Below, piece after piece: positions 24,990-38,221 of a DNA stretch of 64,000 nucleotides. Source of the DNA: Squalus acanthias. Taxonomy: Eukaryota. Every line of letters starts with the position of its first letter. Position 1 is the first letter of the stretch. The stretch lies in assembly GCA_030390025.1 (NCBI GenBank), contig CM059432.1:139564001-139628000 (forward strand), read 5' to 3'. The position numbers and the translations under genes are program-made. Below the pieces are notes generated by a model. The model worked only from the letters and a program-made list of their open reading frames with translations, ran no database searches and had not been told where the DNA came from.

Positions 24990-26245
24990 GCGCTGACCTG
25001 GCCGGACACCGGCTGCAGTGTCAGTGATGGGGCTGCAGGTGGTCACGGCACGCTTAGCAAGGAGTTTCCAGCCATTCGAATTCGTAATTTTTTTTAAAAT
25101 AAAATTGTTGTAGCCGATTTATTCTTCTTAACTTTACCAGATATTTTGTTGCGTCGATAGTTTATTTTTTTTTTTCCCCAAATCGGAAGAATATTTTCCA
25201 ATCAATCAAAGGGAACCGTTGTCGTAAAATTAAATGCGATTCGGTTTGCGGCCGCCCGAGAAGTCGCGCCCCGATGACGTCAGGGCGTCGGCGTCGCTGT
25301 CCCTCCCGATAAAATAAATCCGTCAATTAATTAAAGAGCGGATATCGAGCACTGGATGGTTGGCGGGGAGCGGAGTCTCCTCGGGCCAGTATGCGGTTTC
25401 GATGGTTCCTGGGTGTCGGGTACGTCATCTGAGCAGCAAGCGATCGGCGAGAAAATAGAAACAGCCGCCATTCGTTAAAGAAAAAGGCCGGCGGGGGAAG
25501 GAAAGGAAAGGAGGGAGGGAGGAGGTTTCGCGATAAACGTTGTTGGTGGATATTATCGGCGGTGGCCGTCGGTTAGTCATCACCACCATCGTCCTTGCCC
25601 GCTGTCAGCCTCCCGGCCGTTTGAAGAGCGGGCTCGGAGACAACAGCCCGCGGGGGAGTGAGGGAACCGCCGGGCCGAGTCAAACCCGGCGCGAGCACCA
25701 ACCGCCGCCCGCGCGAACCTCGACCTTCAACCCCCCCCATCGTTGGAAACGGGAGAGAGAGAGACAATAGGAGAGGGGAGGGGCGAAGCTCGAGCTCAAA
25801 GCCAGCCAGCCAGTCAGTCTCTCTCTCACACACACCAACCGCGCGAGCGTCAGCTGCCCATCGTTGGAAGCGGGAGGAGACAATAGGAGAGAAGGGGAGG
25901 GGGGGGGAAAGCTCCTCGAGACAAGACAAGTGGGAGCGAGCTACCTACCAATCGCCCGCACGCGCTTCAGCCTCCCCCCCCCGGGAAGAGTAGGCGAGCT
26001 CGAGTTTATAGACAGATTGACAGCACCCCCCCTCCCACGCTTGCGCGCGCACACACATCAACCGCGCGAGCGTCAGTTCTCTCTCATCCCCCCCATATCC
26101 CAATCGTTGGAAGCGAGAGGAGACAATAGGGGAGAAGCTCCTCGAGACAAGACTAGCGGGAGCGAGCGAGCTACCTACCTACCGCGCGCGCGCCCCCGGT
26201 GCCAGCAAAGCCACATCGTGCCCTGTCCCCTGTGCAAGCCAGGTG
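24990..26245 (+). promoter_or_regulatory. ZHX1: CpG island / probable ZHX1 promoter and non-coding first exon(s)
   Basis: Dense CpG and CGCG content, NotI site at 25248, full CRE TGACGTCA at 25275-25282 and YY1-like GCCGCCAT at ~25463. Candidate donors at 25420 (GG|GTACGT) and 26243 (CAG|GTGGGT). It is the nearest CpG island upstream of the ZHX1 coding exon. Confidence 0.75.
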
Positions 26246-26795
26246 GGTGGACTGTTTTTACTGCTGCACAATGTACAGTCTTAATCCTTCTCTTCTCTCC
26301 CCTCTTCCTCCCCCCCCCACCCCCTCTCTTTTTATATATAGAAACTGATGGGCCGTTTCAGATTTCGTCTTGGGGGAAGTTTTTTTGAAAAGTGCAATTT
26401 AAAAAAAAAATGATTATAGGAATATGATTAGCTTAATTTTCCTTTATGGGGGGGGGGGGAAGGAAAGAGCAGGGGCTGTGGGACTAATTGGGTAGCTCCT
26501 TTTAAAGAGCTGGTACAGGCACGATGGGCATTCTCTGATTAGTGTTTTTTAACAGATAGGACTATATGTACAGGTAGTCAGGACAGTGCTGCATAAGAAA
26601 AGTAGTCTTGAAATAGAAACAGAATATAGCCCTCCCTAAATCTCTCCTCCCTTTAATATGCTCCTTTAAAACCTACCTCACCTGTCCTAGTATTTCTTTA
26701 TGGCTTGGTGTCGAATTTTGTTTGATAACGCTCCTGTGAAGTGCCTTGGGATGTTTTACTATGTTAAAGATGCTATATAAATTCAAATTGTTGTT

Positions 26796-27980
26796 AGAAC
26801 ATAAGAAGCAGGAGCAGGCTATTTGGCCCCTCGAGCCTGCTCTACCATTCAATAAGATCGTGGCTGATCTACCTCAACTCCACTTTCCTGCACTATCCCC
26901 ATATCCCTTGATTTCCTTAATATCCAAAAATCTGTTGATCTCTGTCTTAAATATACTCGACGACTGAGCCTCCACAGCCCTCTGGGGTAGAGAATTCCAA
27001 AGATTCACCACCCTTTGAGTGAAGAAATGTCTCCTCACCTCAGTCCTAAATGGCCAACCTCTTATTCTGAGACTGTGACCCCTAGTTCTAGACTCCACAG
27101 CCAGTTGAAACATCCTCCCTGCATCTACCCTGTCAAGCCCTGTAAGAATTTTGTATGTTTCAATGAGATCACCTCTCATTCTTCTAAACTCTAGGGAATA
27201 TAGGCCTAGTTTCTCTGGGGGGTTTTGTGCTTTAAAGGAATGTATATTTGTTGTAAATGCTAGCCATTGCTTGTCTACCGTCATACCTTTTAATGTAGTT
27301 TCCCAATCTACCATAGCCAACTTGGCCCTCATACCTACGTAGTTTGCTTTGTTTAGATTTAAGACCCTAGTTTCTGATTTAACTAAATCACTTTCAAACT
27401 CAATATAAAATTCTATCATATTATGGTCACTCTTCCCTAAAGGCCCCTTTACTGCAAGATTATTAATTAACCCTTTCTCATTGCACAATACTAGATCAAA
27501 AATAGCTTGTTCCCTAGTTGGTTCCTCAACATACTGATCTAGAAAACTATCTTGTATACATTCCATGAATTCGTCCTCCACACCATTACTGCAAATTTGG
27601 TTTGCCCAGTCTATATGTAAATTAAAGTCCCCCATGATTACTGAATTACTCTTGTTACATGTGCCTCTAATTTCCTGATTTATACTCTGCCCTACGTTCC
27701 AACTACTGTTTGGGGGAGTATAAACAACTCCCACCAATGTTTTCTGCCCCTTGCTGTTTCTTAGCTCCACCCAAACTGATTCTACTTCTTGATTTTTGGA
27801 GCTAAGATCCTTTCTCTCTACTGTCTTTATCCCATCCTTTATTATCAGGGCTGCCCTCCTCCTTTTCCATTTTGCCTATCTCTTCTAAAAGTTAAGTATC
27901 CTGGAATATTTAGTTCCCAACCTTGGCCACATTGCAACCACGTCTCCGTAATGGCTATTAAATCAAACCTATTAATTTCT
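26796..27980 (-). mobile_element. CR1 LINE: APE domain joined directly to the 3' end (RT missing)
   Basis: The 298-aa ORF 27770-26874 has VGVVYTPP, IMGDFNL, DLVLCN and LGKSDHNMI (APE), then LYSLEFRRMRGDLIETYKIL..RVVNLWNSLP (CR1 C-terminus). Tail is TTCTTATGTTCT. Confidence 0.9.
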
Positions 27981-28906
27981 ATCTGCTTGTGTATCAAGCA
28001 TTGCTCTTTTGCACCCGGCTGTAGATCTGTTGGTGGGTTAAAGTAAATTGGCAAAACTACTTTGTTTTAACTAGGTGGGTGGTATGATTTGCTTTGAGGT
28101 GGTTGAAGGTGTTTCGGCTTTGTTTGTATTTGAACCTGCGAATAAATAAGCCATAATTTTGATTTGAAGTAAGCTAAGAAATATCCAAAGCAGTATCACT
28201 GGAAGTGCTACTATGATTGGGATGACTTTTTGTTTAAAGTGAGGGAAAATAATATTTTCAGGATGCAATGAACCAACCTTTCAAATAAAGCATAAAATTG
28301 CTGCAGATGTTTTTGTTTTTATTGCAGATTTCCAGTATGTGCAGGTTTTACTTCCTATTTGAGCTCAAATCCAGGATTTCACCATGCATGTCAGTGTGAC
28401 CATTCATAAATATTTACATGGCCACATTTTTTAAATTGTACTTTCACTTATGTTCTCAATTTGGTGATTTTTTCAAACTTGCAGGTTCAGAGGATTTTTT
28501 AATTTGCAGATTGAGGATTTTAAAAATTTAAGTGTATTTAAAAAAAAAACTTTTTATGCAGCAGGGAGATAGGAACTCCAGATTTTTGAAATAAGGTGTA
28601 GACAGTCAGTGGCAGAGACAGATACCAGGGTGGGTAGGGGGAAGGGATATTGCTTGAGCTTTTTATCCCACGTTAGCCACTACAAGAAAAACAGCTGAGT
28701 GGTGAAGTGCTAAAAAACAATTTGTCAGTTTCCTTAGTGACTCTTTCTTTTCCCAGTTCTTATCTCCATTTTTTTGCACTTTACTATTTTTAATTCACAT
28801 TTCACATAGTTTCATTACTCACTCCAGAAGTGTTTTTATTTTTCCTTTTCCAACAATTCTATATAAATTTATTTTTCTGTGGCTTTTTCTCTCTCTTTCT
28901 TGTAAG

Positions 28907-29036
28907 ATTAATTGCTCTTTTTTTGAAGGTTGGAAATCAGATTCCTCGGGGGGGCAGGGGGCGAATAAGAGAGTGAGCGCACTCTCAGAAGCCAGGACAA
29001 AGCAGTAGTGTGGGCTGGGATTGGAACTGGGAAAAG
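28907..29036 (+). other. ZHX1: Candidate non-coding 5'-UTR exon of ZHX1
   Basis: Long pyrimidine tract ending TAAG| at 28906 and a strong donor AAG|GTAAGG at 29037. No ATG. Followed by a (GA)n microsatellite. Confidence 0.4.
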
Positions 29037-29053
29037 GTAAGGAGGGGAGAGAG

Positions 29054-29089
<36 letters not shown>

Positions 29090-31164
29090 AGAGAACATCA
29101 GCATTAGTCAGCACTCAGTAAGGACAGAAAGCAGCAGTGAAACTAACAACTAGAGAGCAGGGCCTTGAAAGGAGAGAGAGAGAGAGAGAGAGAGTGAGAC
29201 CGGCAGCACTAACTCTGACTTGGGAAGAGCTTTTATTTAACAATTATTTTTGAAAATTTCTTGCAATGTTCTTTTTGTTTTCAAAACTGAAATAAAAAGA
29301 TTGGCAAATCAATTACATTGTCAGGAGAACCAAAGTAATAATTCATTCAGATCACTGAATACAAATGGGCTTCTTTCAAGAGCTACCAAGAAACTTGCAA
29401 TAGTCCATAGACTTTAAAAGATTATCCTGTGATTCATACTTTTTTAAAATTTTCTCTTTGCCATGGTGTAACTTGCAAGTTCAGTATATTTTGTTGAACT
29501 AAATGTAAAATATTTTACCCCTATTGATTCTTGCAAAAAAAAATGTATGTGGGTGAGGGCTGACATGAGTCATTGGTATTTTAATTGTTTTGAAGGCTGT
29601 GCTTTTCAATCGATGATGATGGTGGTGGTCTTGCAGACCAAAAAAATTCTAGGTTTAAAAGGCAGCCAAAAGTCACCTTTCACCCATTTTCCATTGAACA
29701 AAAGCTTGACTTCTCCAGTGTAATGTAGAACCTGATGGGAGTTGTGTTTGCTGTATCTCAACGGGTCTGCATTGTGATCATGTCACTTTCAATATAGCCG
29801 TGGTTTAATGGTTGGGTTAACCGTACATTTTTGTTAATATAATTGTACCTCCAGGAAGTGAACATGAAATGTGACAATGCCCTCAAAACATACTGGGAGC
29901 GATTGATTAAGATCCGGTTGAAGAAGTAGTGGTTTTTCTTTGTAGTATAGTAGCTGGTTTGAACCACTGCTTCAGGGCAATGATGCTTTCCAACTGGCTG
30001 ACTGTGAGCGTGTGCTAAACAGAATTCAGACATGTCAGTAAATGTCAGAGAATGCCTTTCTGTGGATTTTATTTTTTTCTATTAACGGTACCATTATTTT
30101 TTATGTAATGTGCAAGAATATTTTGTTCTTGAATTGTAACTATAGCCCTGATTTTTACCTCTGGGCAGCAGTCGTGCAGCTGGGGATCAAGGCAGGCCTA
30201 TTCCCAGGCCTCATCCGCAGAGGCCCCATCAGTCTCCCGTTCGAAACTGTTGGGAAGCGGAAGCTGATGGTCGGGCGGGCAGGAGCGGAATGTCAGGCGG
30301 CAGGATGCCACCATTGGGGGACAGAAGCAACGGTCCCCCGCACTCGGAGTGGCTGGGAAGGAGTTTGGGAGGGCCTTGTGGTTGGATAAAGCCTAGGGCA
30401 GGGAAAGCCTAAACTATCAAAGTAAAAGCATGTAACAGTTTGGACCTCCTCTGGCCCCTGACTTCCCTTCCCGTTAGGTTGGCTTGGTGGCAGGAAAGTC
30501 ATAACTTCCCCATGCAAGCCTATAGTTAAAATAGTAGTCAGGCCCTGATGATGTCACCTCAGCGCGATCTGCATATTTAAAGAAGGATCCCTCTGGTTTC
30601 CGGCAGGTGTCCCTCTTGCCTGCTCAGAAGCGCAGGTTAAAATAGGGACCCACATAAAGATAGCGGGACCTTGACGCGTAAGTTCCATGTGAGTTTAACT
30701 GCCTGCCTGGGTTAAAATCACTCCTATAAGGGATGTATGCTGGTGTATGGTTGCATAGCATACATAATATAGGTTTCTATCTACCCTTCATCTGATACTC
30801 TTGTCAGCTTTGCAGCTCTGTTGGTCCCTGGACCTTTGTCCCTGGCCTTGCAGACTGAGAGTTTCTATTCCCTCCCCTTTTGCTGCCTTGCAAGGGAAAG
30901 GAAGGAATTCTTTCTTTAAATTCAGGCTACTCCAGCATCTAGAGGGCAAGTGAAAGGGCTCTATTGAAATTCTCAAATTGTGTTTTCAACATATCTATCA
31001 ATCCTATAATTTATTTTCCATCCTTGGAAGTGCATGCCCTCTGCATGGCAAATAACCAAAGTTGCAAGATTGAAATTGGGAGCTCACTCTGTGCAGAATT
31101 TCAGGCTTACCTGTATACTGTTGCTCTGTGGGTGCAACTAGTCTGAGAGTGACCTGGAAAGTCT

Positions 31165-31442
31165 AGATCTCGGATAAGGGGCCGGCCATTTAGGACTGAG
31201 ATGAGGAGACATTTCTTCACTGAGGGTTGTGAATCTTTGAAATTCTCTACCCCAGAGGGCTGTGGATGCTCAGTCGATGAGTATATTCAAGAATGAAATT
31301 GATAGGTTTTGAGCACTAAGGGAATCAAGGGATAGGGTGGAAAAATGGAGTTGATGTAGAAGTTCAGCCATGACTTATGGAATGGTGGTGCAGACTTGAG
31401 GGGCCGTATGGCCTCCCCTGGTTCCTATTTCTTATGTTCTTG
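31165..31442 (+). mobile_element. CR1 LINE 3' end
   Basis: Matches the 26796-27070 CR1 terminus and ends TTTCTTATGTTCTT. Confidence 0.8.
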
Positions 31443-32329
31443 GGTTCATACGCTTGGTATTCTGGTCCTCAACAAAAAGCACTGCACTATACTTTCAAAA
31501 TTAAATTAACTGTGTTTCTTTCACTCTGGATCACATTGAGTTTTATTTTCTAATCTTCAATTTTAAGGTAAATTGCTATGGTCTAGAAAATACTCCATGT
31601 GCAGCTGTGGCATACAGAATTTATTCCACTGGTGAAGAATTTAACAACTCATGAGTAATCTCTTTTTCTGACTTTTTGGAGGTCTGGTGACTCACTGGTG
31701 TGTTATGTTCTTGATCAAAAATAGAAGAAATTCTGTATTTTAAAGTTCCATGAGCTCTTGTGTCTACACAAGTCATAATAGTGTAACTAAAAAATAATAA
31801 CTTAAACTTTTACTATGCTTATAATGAAGGTACTTTCATACTTCAGTGACTTGAGGTAAGCTGTTTCTGGTCTCCTTCAGAAGTGCATTGCCACCATTTT
31901 GAAATTCTCCTAAGTTAATGCATTAAATTCACAAGTTAGTTTTAGTTCTGAATGAGGATATTGTACAATTGAGAAAGGAGCTGGATGTAGTAATACCTCT
32001 GTGACAATAGTAAACACCTTTTATTGGCATTTGTTTGATAAATTGTAAGCAATTGGATGTTGTGGAACTGAAGCAGTAAAGGATTTAAAAAAAAAAAAAA
32101 AAATTCTGTTCAAACTTCAGTTGCAAGACCGTTTAAGAACAGCAGCTTTAAAACGTGCACAGTTTTCATTTTGTTATAGAATTTACCCTGCAATGTAAAC
32201 ATGTAAAATTCCATCGCACTGGGATCATCTGGCTTTTTTTCTTCCTCTCCACCCCACCTGTCCCACATGACATGCTCCACAGGTAAATTCCCAGTGTGGT
32301 AGGCAGCCATATAGACCAGGAAAATCCCA

Positions 32330-33827
32330 GGGCTCCATTTTAATAGCCCTTTGGAGGCGGGTTGGCAGCGAAAATCGGAAAAAATGGCTTCAGACTGCCA
32401 ACCCGCCTTCATCCCGTCCCCACATGATTTTCGTGAGTGTTGGGTCAGCCTCTTCCAAACTGACTCGATGGGAACCGGTGGGACAGGTAGTTAAGGCAGT
32501 TAAGAGCCTGTTAACTGCCTTGCTAATCCTATTTTTATAGTGGTTTCCCAATTTCGTGCTTCTGGCTCCTGTTTCCCGTCTTGTCAGAAACAGGCCAGCT
32601 GCAAGGAGACGAGTTGCTGGAGGACGTGATTTGTAGTCATTGATGCAGCATTTTAAAAGCGCTCCTGTAACATGGCTGACATTCAAATGCAACAACTTTG
32701 TTTTTGAAATTTGGGATAAGATTTTGCAAATCTATTGACCTTGTGACTGTTCAAACTGACGCCCATCTGCAGTGTTACCTGATTGGAATAATTTCAGGCC
32801 ACTTTGAGTGTGCGCTTGCAAGCTTCTTGCCTCAACTGAAATCTATAGCAATGGGATGGGAACCATTTACATCCTCTCATCCTTGTCGTCCAATTCGGAG
32901 GAAGAGCAGCCACTGCAGCGGCACCAGCACCAGGAGCGCCAACCTCCTCCTCACCCACCTGATGCTGCACTGGACACAGGACATCAGCCCCTGACAAAAT
33001 TGCTGGCCGAGAGGCCAGCGATGGCATCACCATGGCCAGATTTTCTTCACTTGATGCTGTTAACCCTGGCTGACACATGATGCGCCAGGTTGACACCATC
33101 CCACACCAGCACTGTGAAGCATCCCTTTAATGTCCAAGCCATTCCATGCAAACACATCACTATAGTGGGGGGGGCGGGTTATGACTGAACAATCACTGGA
33201 ACTCAGTAAGACACTTATCAATGTGCGCACAGATCTGTCCAATAAGGGGCACTTTTGGAAAAAGGTATTACACTGTATGACAACACATTACCAGAAACTT
33301 CACATGGACATTGGCTAAACCTCTCAAGTACCTACCCTTGTGTGTTAGTTGGTATGCTTGCAGTAGGATGAGGGTGAGGGGTGGCTAGTGAGATGGGGAA
33401 GTGATAAAGTAGATAGAGAGGGTTGGGTGGAGGTTCAAGGTAAGTTGGTGTCCTGGGGAGGTCTCTTCCGCCCTTGGAAGGGAAGAGAAACCTCTCTGCG
33501 TGCTGTGACTCCCTCCATAAGCATATGGAGGGAGCCATTGGAGAGCCTGGGTTCAAGTATTCACCTTTGTGCAATGATTGTCAGTGTTTGTAGCACCTCG
33601 ATGCTGTCAAACACTGACAGATCAACTGTCAAAATTAAATTGTGCATGATCCCTTTAAGGAAACCGGCAGATGACGCCTCATCAAATTATGTCATCAGAC
33701 CCGCTTCCTGTTAATTAGAGGCCAATCAAGGGAAAATCATGTCTGCAGAGCGGAGACAGCTGGGGTGGAACCGGAAACCAGCTGAGCCGCCCCCAACCCG
33801 CCTCCAGAATTTTGGTGATATCAGCCC
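32330..33827. mobile_element. Degenerate non-autonomous DNA transposon (Harbinger-like ends)
   Basis: GGGCT../..AGCCC termini and an inverted subterminal 14-mer TGGAGGCGGGTTGG (32352) / CCAACCCGCCTCCA (33793). The TSD is not clean. Confidence 0.45.
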
Positions 33828-34479
33828 GGGCTTTTGCTCATGAACACTATCCAGTAGCTCCTGCTGGAAAATTGAGAAGTGTAGACACAACACAATCCTC
33901 TTGTTGTAGTTGTCCCATGATTGCATCATATATTTTGGAAAATTTAATTGCTGAAATTTTGGTTGAAGTAGAATTGAATTTTGTTTGGGTCCAGATTATT
34001 TTACCTGGGTCAACAAGACAGTAAATTTTACTTCTGGCTCGAGATATAATATTCAACTGGGGATTAAATCAGTTGAAGACCTGTTACACCAGAATTCTGT
34101 TTCTACACATTTGACTAGGTTTGCATCTTGGTAAATTTATTCTAATCTGCTCGTTATTCTTCCAGACATTTTTTTAAACCTCTTGAAACTTTTCTGGAAC
34201 CAAATTTATACATGGATCACATGATCTGCCCATTGATTTCCCACAGCAGTTGAAAGGAACATTTGCTAAGGCTCTCACTAGACCACTCTTTAAGGAGGAG
34301 TGAGATGTCAGCTGATGTTCCTTCTTGCGTTCAAAATAAAGCTGTAAATGCACCATTACTGATCTTGCTGTAGAACTCAATCTTGAGCAGCATATGTAAC
34401 AAAGTATCCCCCATTTTCTGGAAACACTGTGGAAGTGGGGGCTCTATCTTCCACGCACTCTTGGGAGTGCTTGAAACTT

Positions 34480-35000
34480 GGCACTCACCTCTGATTCAGA
34501 AGGTCATGGATTTAAGTCCTACTCCAGACACTTGACACTAGGCTGATACTTCAGTACAGTAGTGAGGGAGTGATGCACTGTCAGCAGTGCCACCTTTTGG
34601 ATGAGACATTAAACCAAGACACACTCTGCCATCTCAGAACGTAAAAAATCCCATGGCGAAGAAAAGCTGGGAGTTCTCTCGGGTGTCCTGGCCACCATTT
34701 ATCCCTCAACCAACATCATAAAAATGGAATATCTGGTCATTTATCTCATTACTCTTTAAGGGATTTGGCTGTTTACAATGTTAAAAAGGATTTGATAGGG
34801 TAGATATGGAGGAACTATTTCCTGTGGTGGGGGAATCGAGAACAAAGGGACATGATCTTAAAATTAGAGCTAGACCATTCGGGAGAGAAATCAGGAAGCA
34901 CTTTTTCCATACTAAGTTGTAGCAAACAGCTGGAATTCAACACTTTTTGGGACATCCTGAAGATGTGATCAGGTTCTATATAAATGCAAGTTCTTTCTCT
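34480..35000 (+). mobile_element. Degenerate DeuSINE interrupted by a CR1 fragment (~34780-34940)
   Basis: Similar to 48672-49137, with tail TATATAAATGCAAGTTCTTTC. Confidence 0.7.
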
Positions 35001-35011
35001 TAGTTATCATA

Positions 35012-35227
35012 AGTGAGAAGTCGCACAACACCAGGTTATAGTCCAACAGTTTTATTTGCAATCACAAGCTTTCGGAGCGCTGCTCCTTCGTCAGGTGAGG
35101 TGACTTCACCTGACGAAGGAGCAGCGCTCCGAAAGCTTGTGATTTCAAATAAAGCTGTTGGACTATAACCTGGTGTTGTGCGACTTCTCACTTTTGTCCA
35201 CCCCAGTCCAACACCGGCATCTCCGCA
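35012..35227. mobile_element. Penelope-like pseudo-LTR in inverted (hairpin) form with hammerhead motif on both strands
   Basis: TSD TCTTAGTTATCATA (34998-35011 / 35228-35241). The arms ~35012-35100 and ~35104-35192 are near-perfect reverse complements. Hammerhead at 35106-35142 (+) and 35062-35098 (-). Confidence 0.88.
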
Positions 35228-38221
35228 TCTTAGTTATCATAGCGTGCATAGTGTAATCTGAATAAAAATGCCATTTTCACATGTACCATTCCTGCTAGCA
35301 CTTGTCTGCCTCAGTGTAGCATTCTTTGATGCACCTTTAGCAACTACTGCTTTCCATATGTTGCCTTACTGTAATATTCATGCCGTACATTTCTGTACTC
35401 TTCAGATCGTGCAGTTTCTCTGGACCTGATACAGTACTAGGTCTTCTGAGTTCTTGACACTGTATTGACTTTGTCATAATGGCATAATTATGGCCTCTTT
35501 TTTGTAAATTGCGCTCTGCCTCTCCTTTTCTCCATTACAGCAATTACCAGTGTATCCAGGCTAGACCTGCAAAGCAAGCTTATCTCGCCAATCTCCAAGT
35601 TTTGCGTACTACCAGGCTGCTTAATAAACTTTTCTATATTTATACTGGCTGAGTAACCCATTTGCTGTGTGAGAACTGAGGATCAGTATTGTACATGTCA
35701 TGATTGGCTCCTAATTTTTTTTCATTTTCCAGAATTGCACATCTAAAACTGCATGTTCCTGCAATTTAGTTAGGTTGCGAATTATGATTTTAAAAACAGG
35801 CATTTCGCCTGTTTTTTTTTCCCCAAATGGGAAATGTAGCTTAGAGATATAAAGCTACAGGTAGAAGGACCCTTTAACTGTATTCTAAGGAAAGCATCAA
35901 AACTTGGGGTGTTTGTGTATTTTTTTTTTTAGCCAGAGAATAAAAATAAGTTAACTAACTGTGATCCAGGTTAGAAAAAAAAGTTAGTGTTGGGAATAAA
36001 GCTTTGAAACCATATTGCACGAATAAAGTACCAAACCTTTGTCGTAGCTCCAGTAGCAAGTTCCATTTTTCAAGATGGTTTGAGGCTGTAAATCTAAGTC
36101 TGGGCTCATTAACTGATAAGCTATCATATGTCTCCAGGTAAGTATCTTGCCTGTTCTCACTAAAGAAGTAAGAAATGGACTGTAATATTCTAAGTAAAAT
36201 GTTACATGAGAAATTGGGGGGGAAAAAAGCTAAACAGGATTGTTCTATTTTCTTAATCGCAAAATACTGTGGATGCTGGAAATCTGAAATAAACAGAAAA
36301 TGCTGGAAACACCCAGCAGGCCAGGCAGCATCTGTGGAGAGAGAAACAGAGTTAACGTTCTGATGAAGGGTCACAGAACTGAAGCGTTAACTGGCCTGCT
36401 GAGTTTCCGGCATTTTCTGTTATTTTTGTTCTGTTGCTATATTCAGAGCCTAATGTTGGTGACAGTTGATTTTACTACTCGCTGGACAGAACTGTGGTTG
36501 AGAGTTTTTAAAATAGTCATGGTTGAAAAATAATTGCGATTGGTTCAGTTGGCTATTTATTAGACAGCTTTTGTCACTAAGCTTTTAAACAAAAATATTT
36601 CTCCTTTCCTGAAAGTGGTGACCTAAGCTAGGATATGGTTCCATGACCACCTGCATGCTTCCAATACTGTGCCCAAATGGCCATTCTAAATGTGGTGGCT
36701 TGCACAGCGAGTCTAGGCATGCTGTTCAACACAATTTGAGAAACCAAAGTGAAGAGCCCATGTGTAGGATACCACCGAGGTTAAAAAGGGTAAAGGAGAA
36801 GACAAAGTAAATCAAAGTAGTGATTGGGAGACTCCAACCTTGGTTTTTAAAAGCTTTAAGATTTTTGGAGGAAGGAAAGACTTGAAAGGTAAGGAATTCT
36901 ATAATTTTTTTGGTCCAAGGACAGAATGAGTTAGAAAAAAATTGGATGAAAAGCTGAGCAACTAAAAGTGTATGTGCAGGAGGAAATGTAAAGTTCAAGA
37001 AAGAACTTATAAGACTGTGACAGGGGAGGAGGAGAGGGAATAAAATAGGTTCTAATGAGCTTGATGTCTGATACGTGGCAAAGGTAGTACCCAGGTAAAT
37101 TGAAATCTACCACCTATTTGAAAGATTCTATCTCTCAAGGTGGGAAGGATGGCCCTCTGCCTAGCTCACAGTGGTCAGATAAGGGACTTCAGATACTTTT
37201 CTCTAAAGAAAATCACAAGGATTTCACAAGTAGCTCCAACAGCCAGCTGCATAGGTTTTCAAACTGGGACCCATAGACCCTTAGGGAATGTATGAGAGGG
37301 TCAGCAAGGTCATCAAATATCTGCATCTGTTGTATTACTAGTACATATTTTCCACGCTGATATTCCTGTTCTCCTTTTGGGTAGCTGACACTGTGTTTGG
37401 AAGTTGGGACAAGGGATTCCTGAGTGTCAGTATTTGCAAATGGTCCCCCACACAGAAAAGTTTGAAAACCACTGTCCTATAGGGTGGCCTAAATGGACTT
37501 GGAACTCACTGACTGATGACCCCCCTCTGCGCTGCGCCACGCCACGCCATTCCCCCCCCGTTCTAAGTAAATCTCATCTACTACTGCCAGGGAACCACTT
37601 TCCTGTCTGTCTGGTTTCTGGGAAGATCTCTTGGGAAGCTGGCATCTTTCTGGGTTGCGTAGAAGCAGTTCCCAGTTGGATGCCAGTGTCTCAGATCTTG
37701 CTTTGTTACAGTTTTCATTGAATGCAATTATGATACCTTCTTTCTTGGCTAAATAGCTTAAATTTCTCCAATCTTTCCTCATAACTCAGACCTCTAACAC
37801 TAGATATCCGTCTTGTGATTCTTCTCTGCACTGCCTCTGGCACTCGAATGTTGTGGAACCAGTGTGATAATAGCTGCTGTCTTTAAGTTTCCCTCACTTT
37901 CTATAGGCCCTTTGGTGTCTTGCCATAGGAACACTGCTGAGATCAGGAAATATCAGGGTCACTCTTTCAAGCTTGAATCCCATTATTGTCTGTGCTCCAA
38001 TGTAGTGTATCAAAATGATGGCCTCAGATTTTAATGTAGTAAGCAGTTTTTATTTGTAACCCTGAAGTAACATATTTCTTCACTTTTATCTACAGGTGAA
38101 TGCAATGTGATAGAGCAACTGCCTGTGGGGTGGGGGACATTAGGAAGATCTAGAAGTGAAGCTAGATCAACTTTGTGACATTGGTAGTTTCTGAAAGAAA
38201 TTCCATTTTTCACCACTGACC

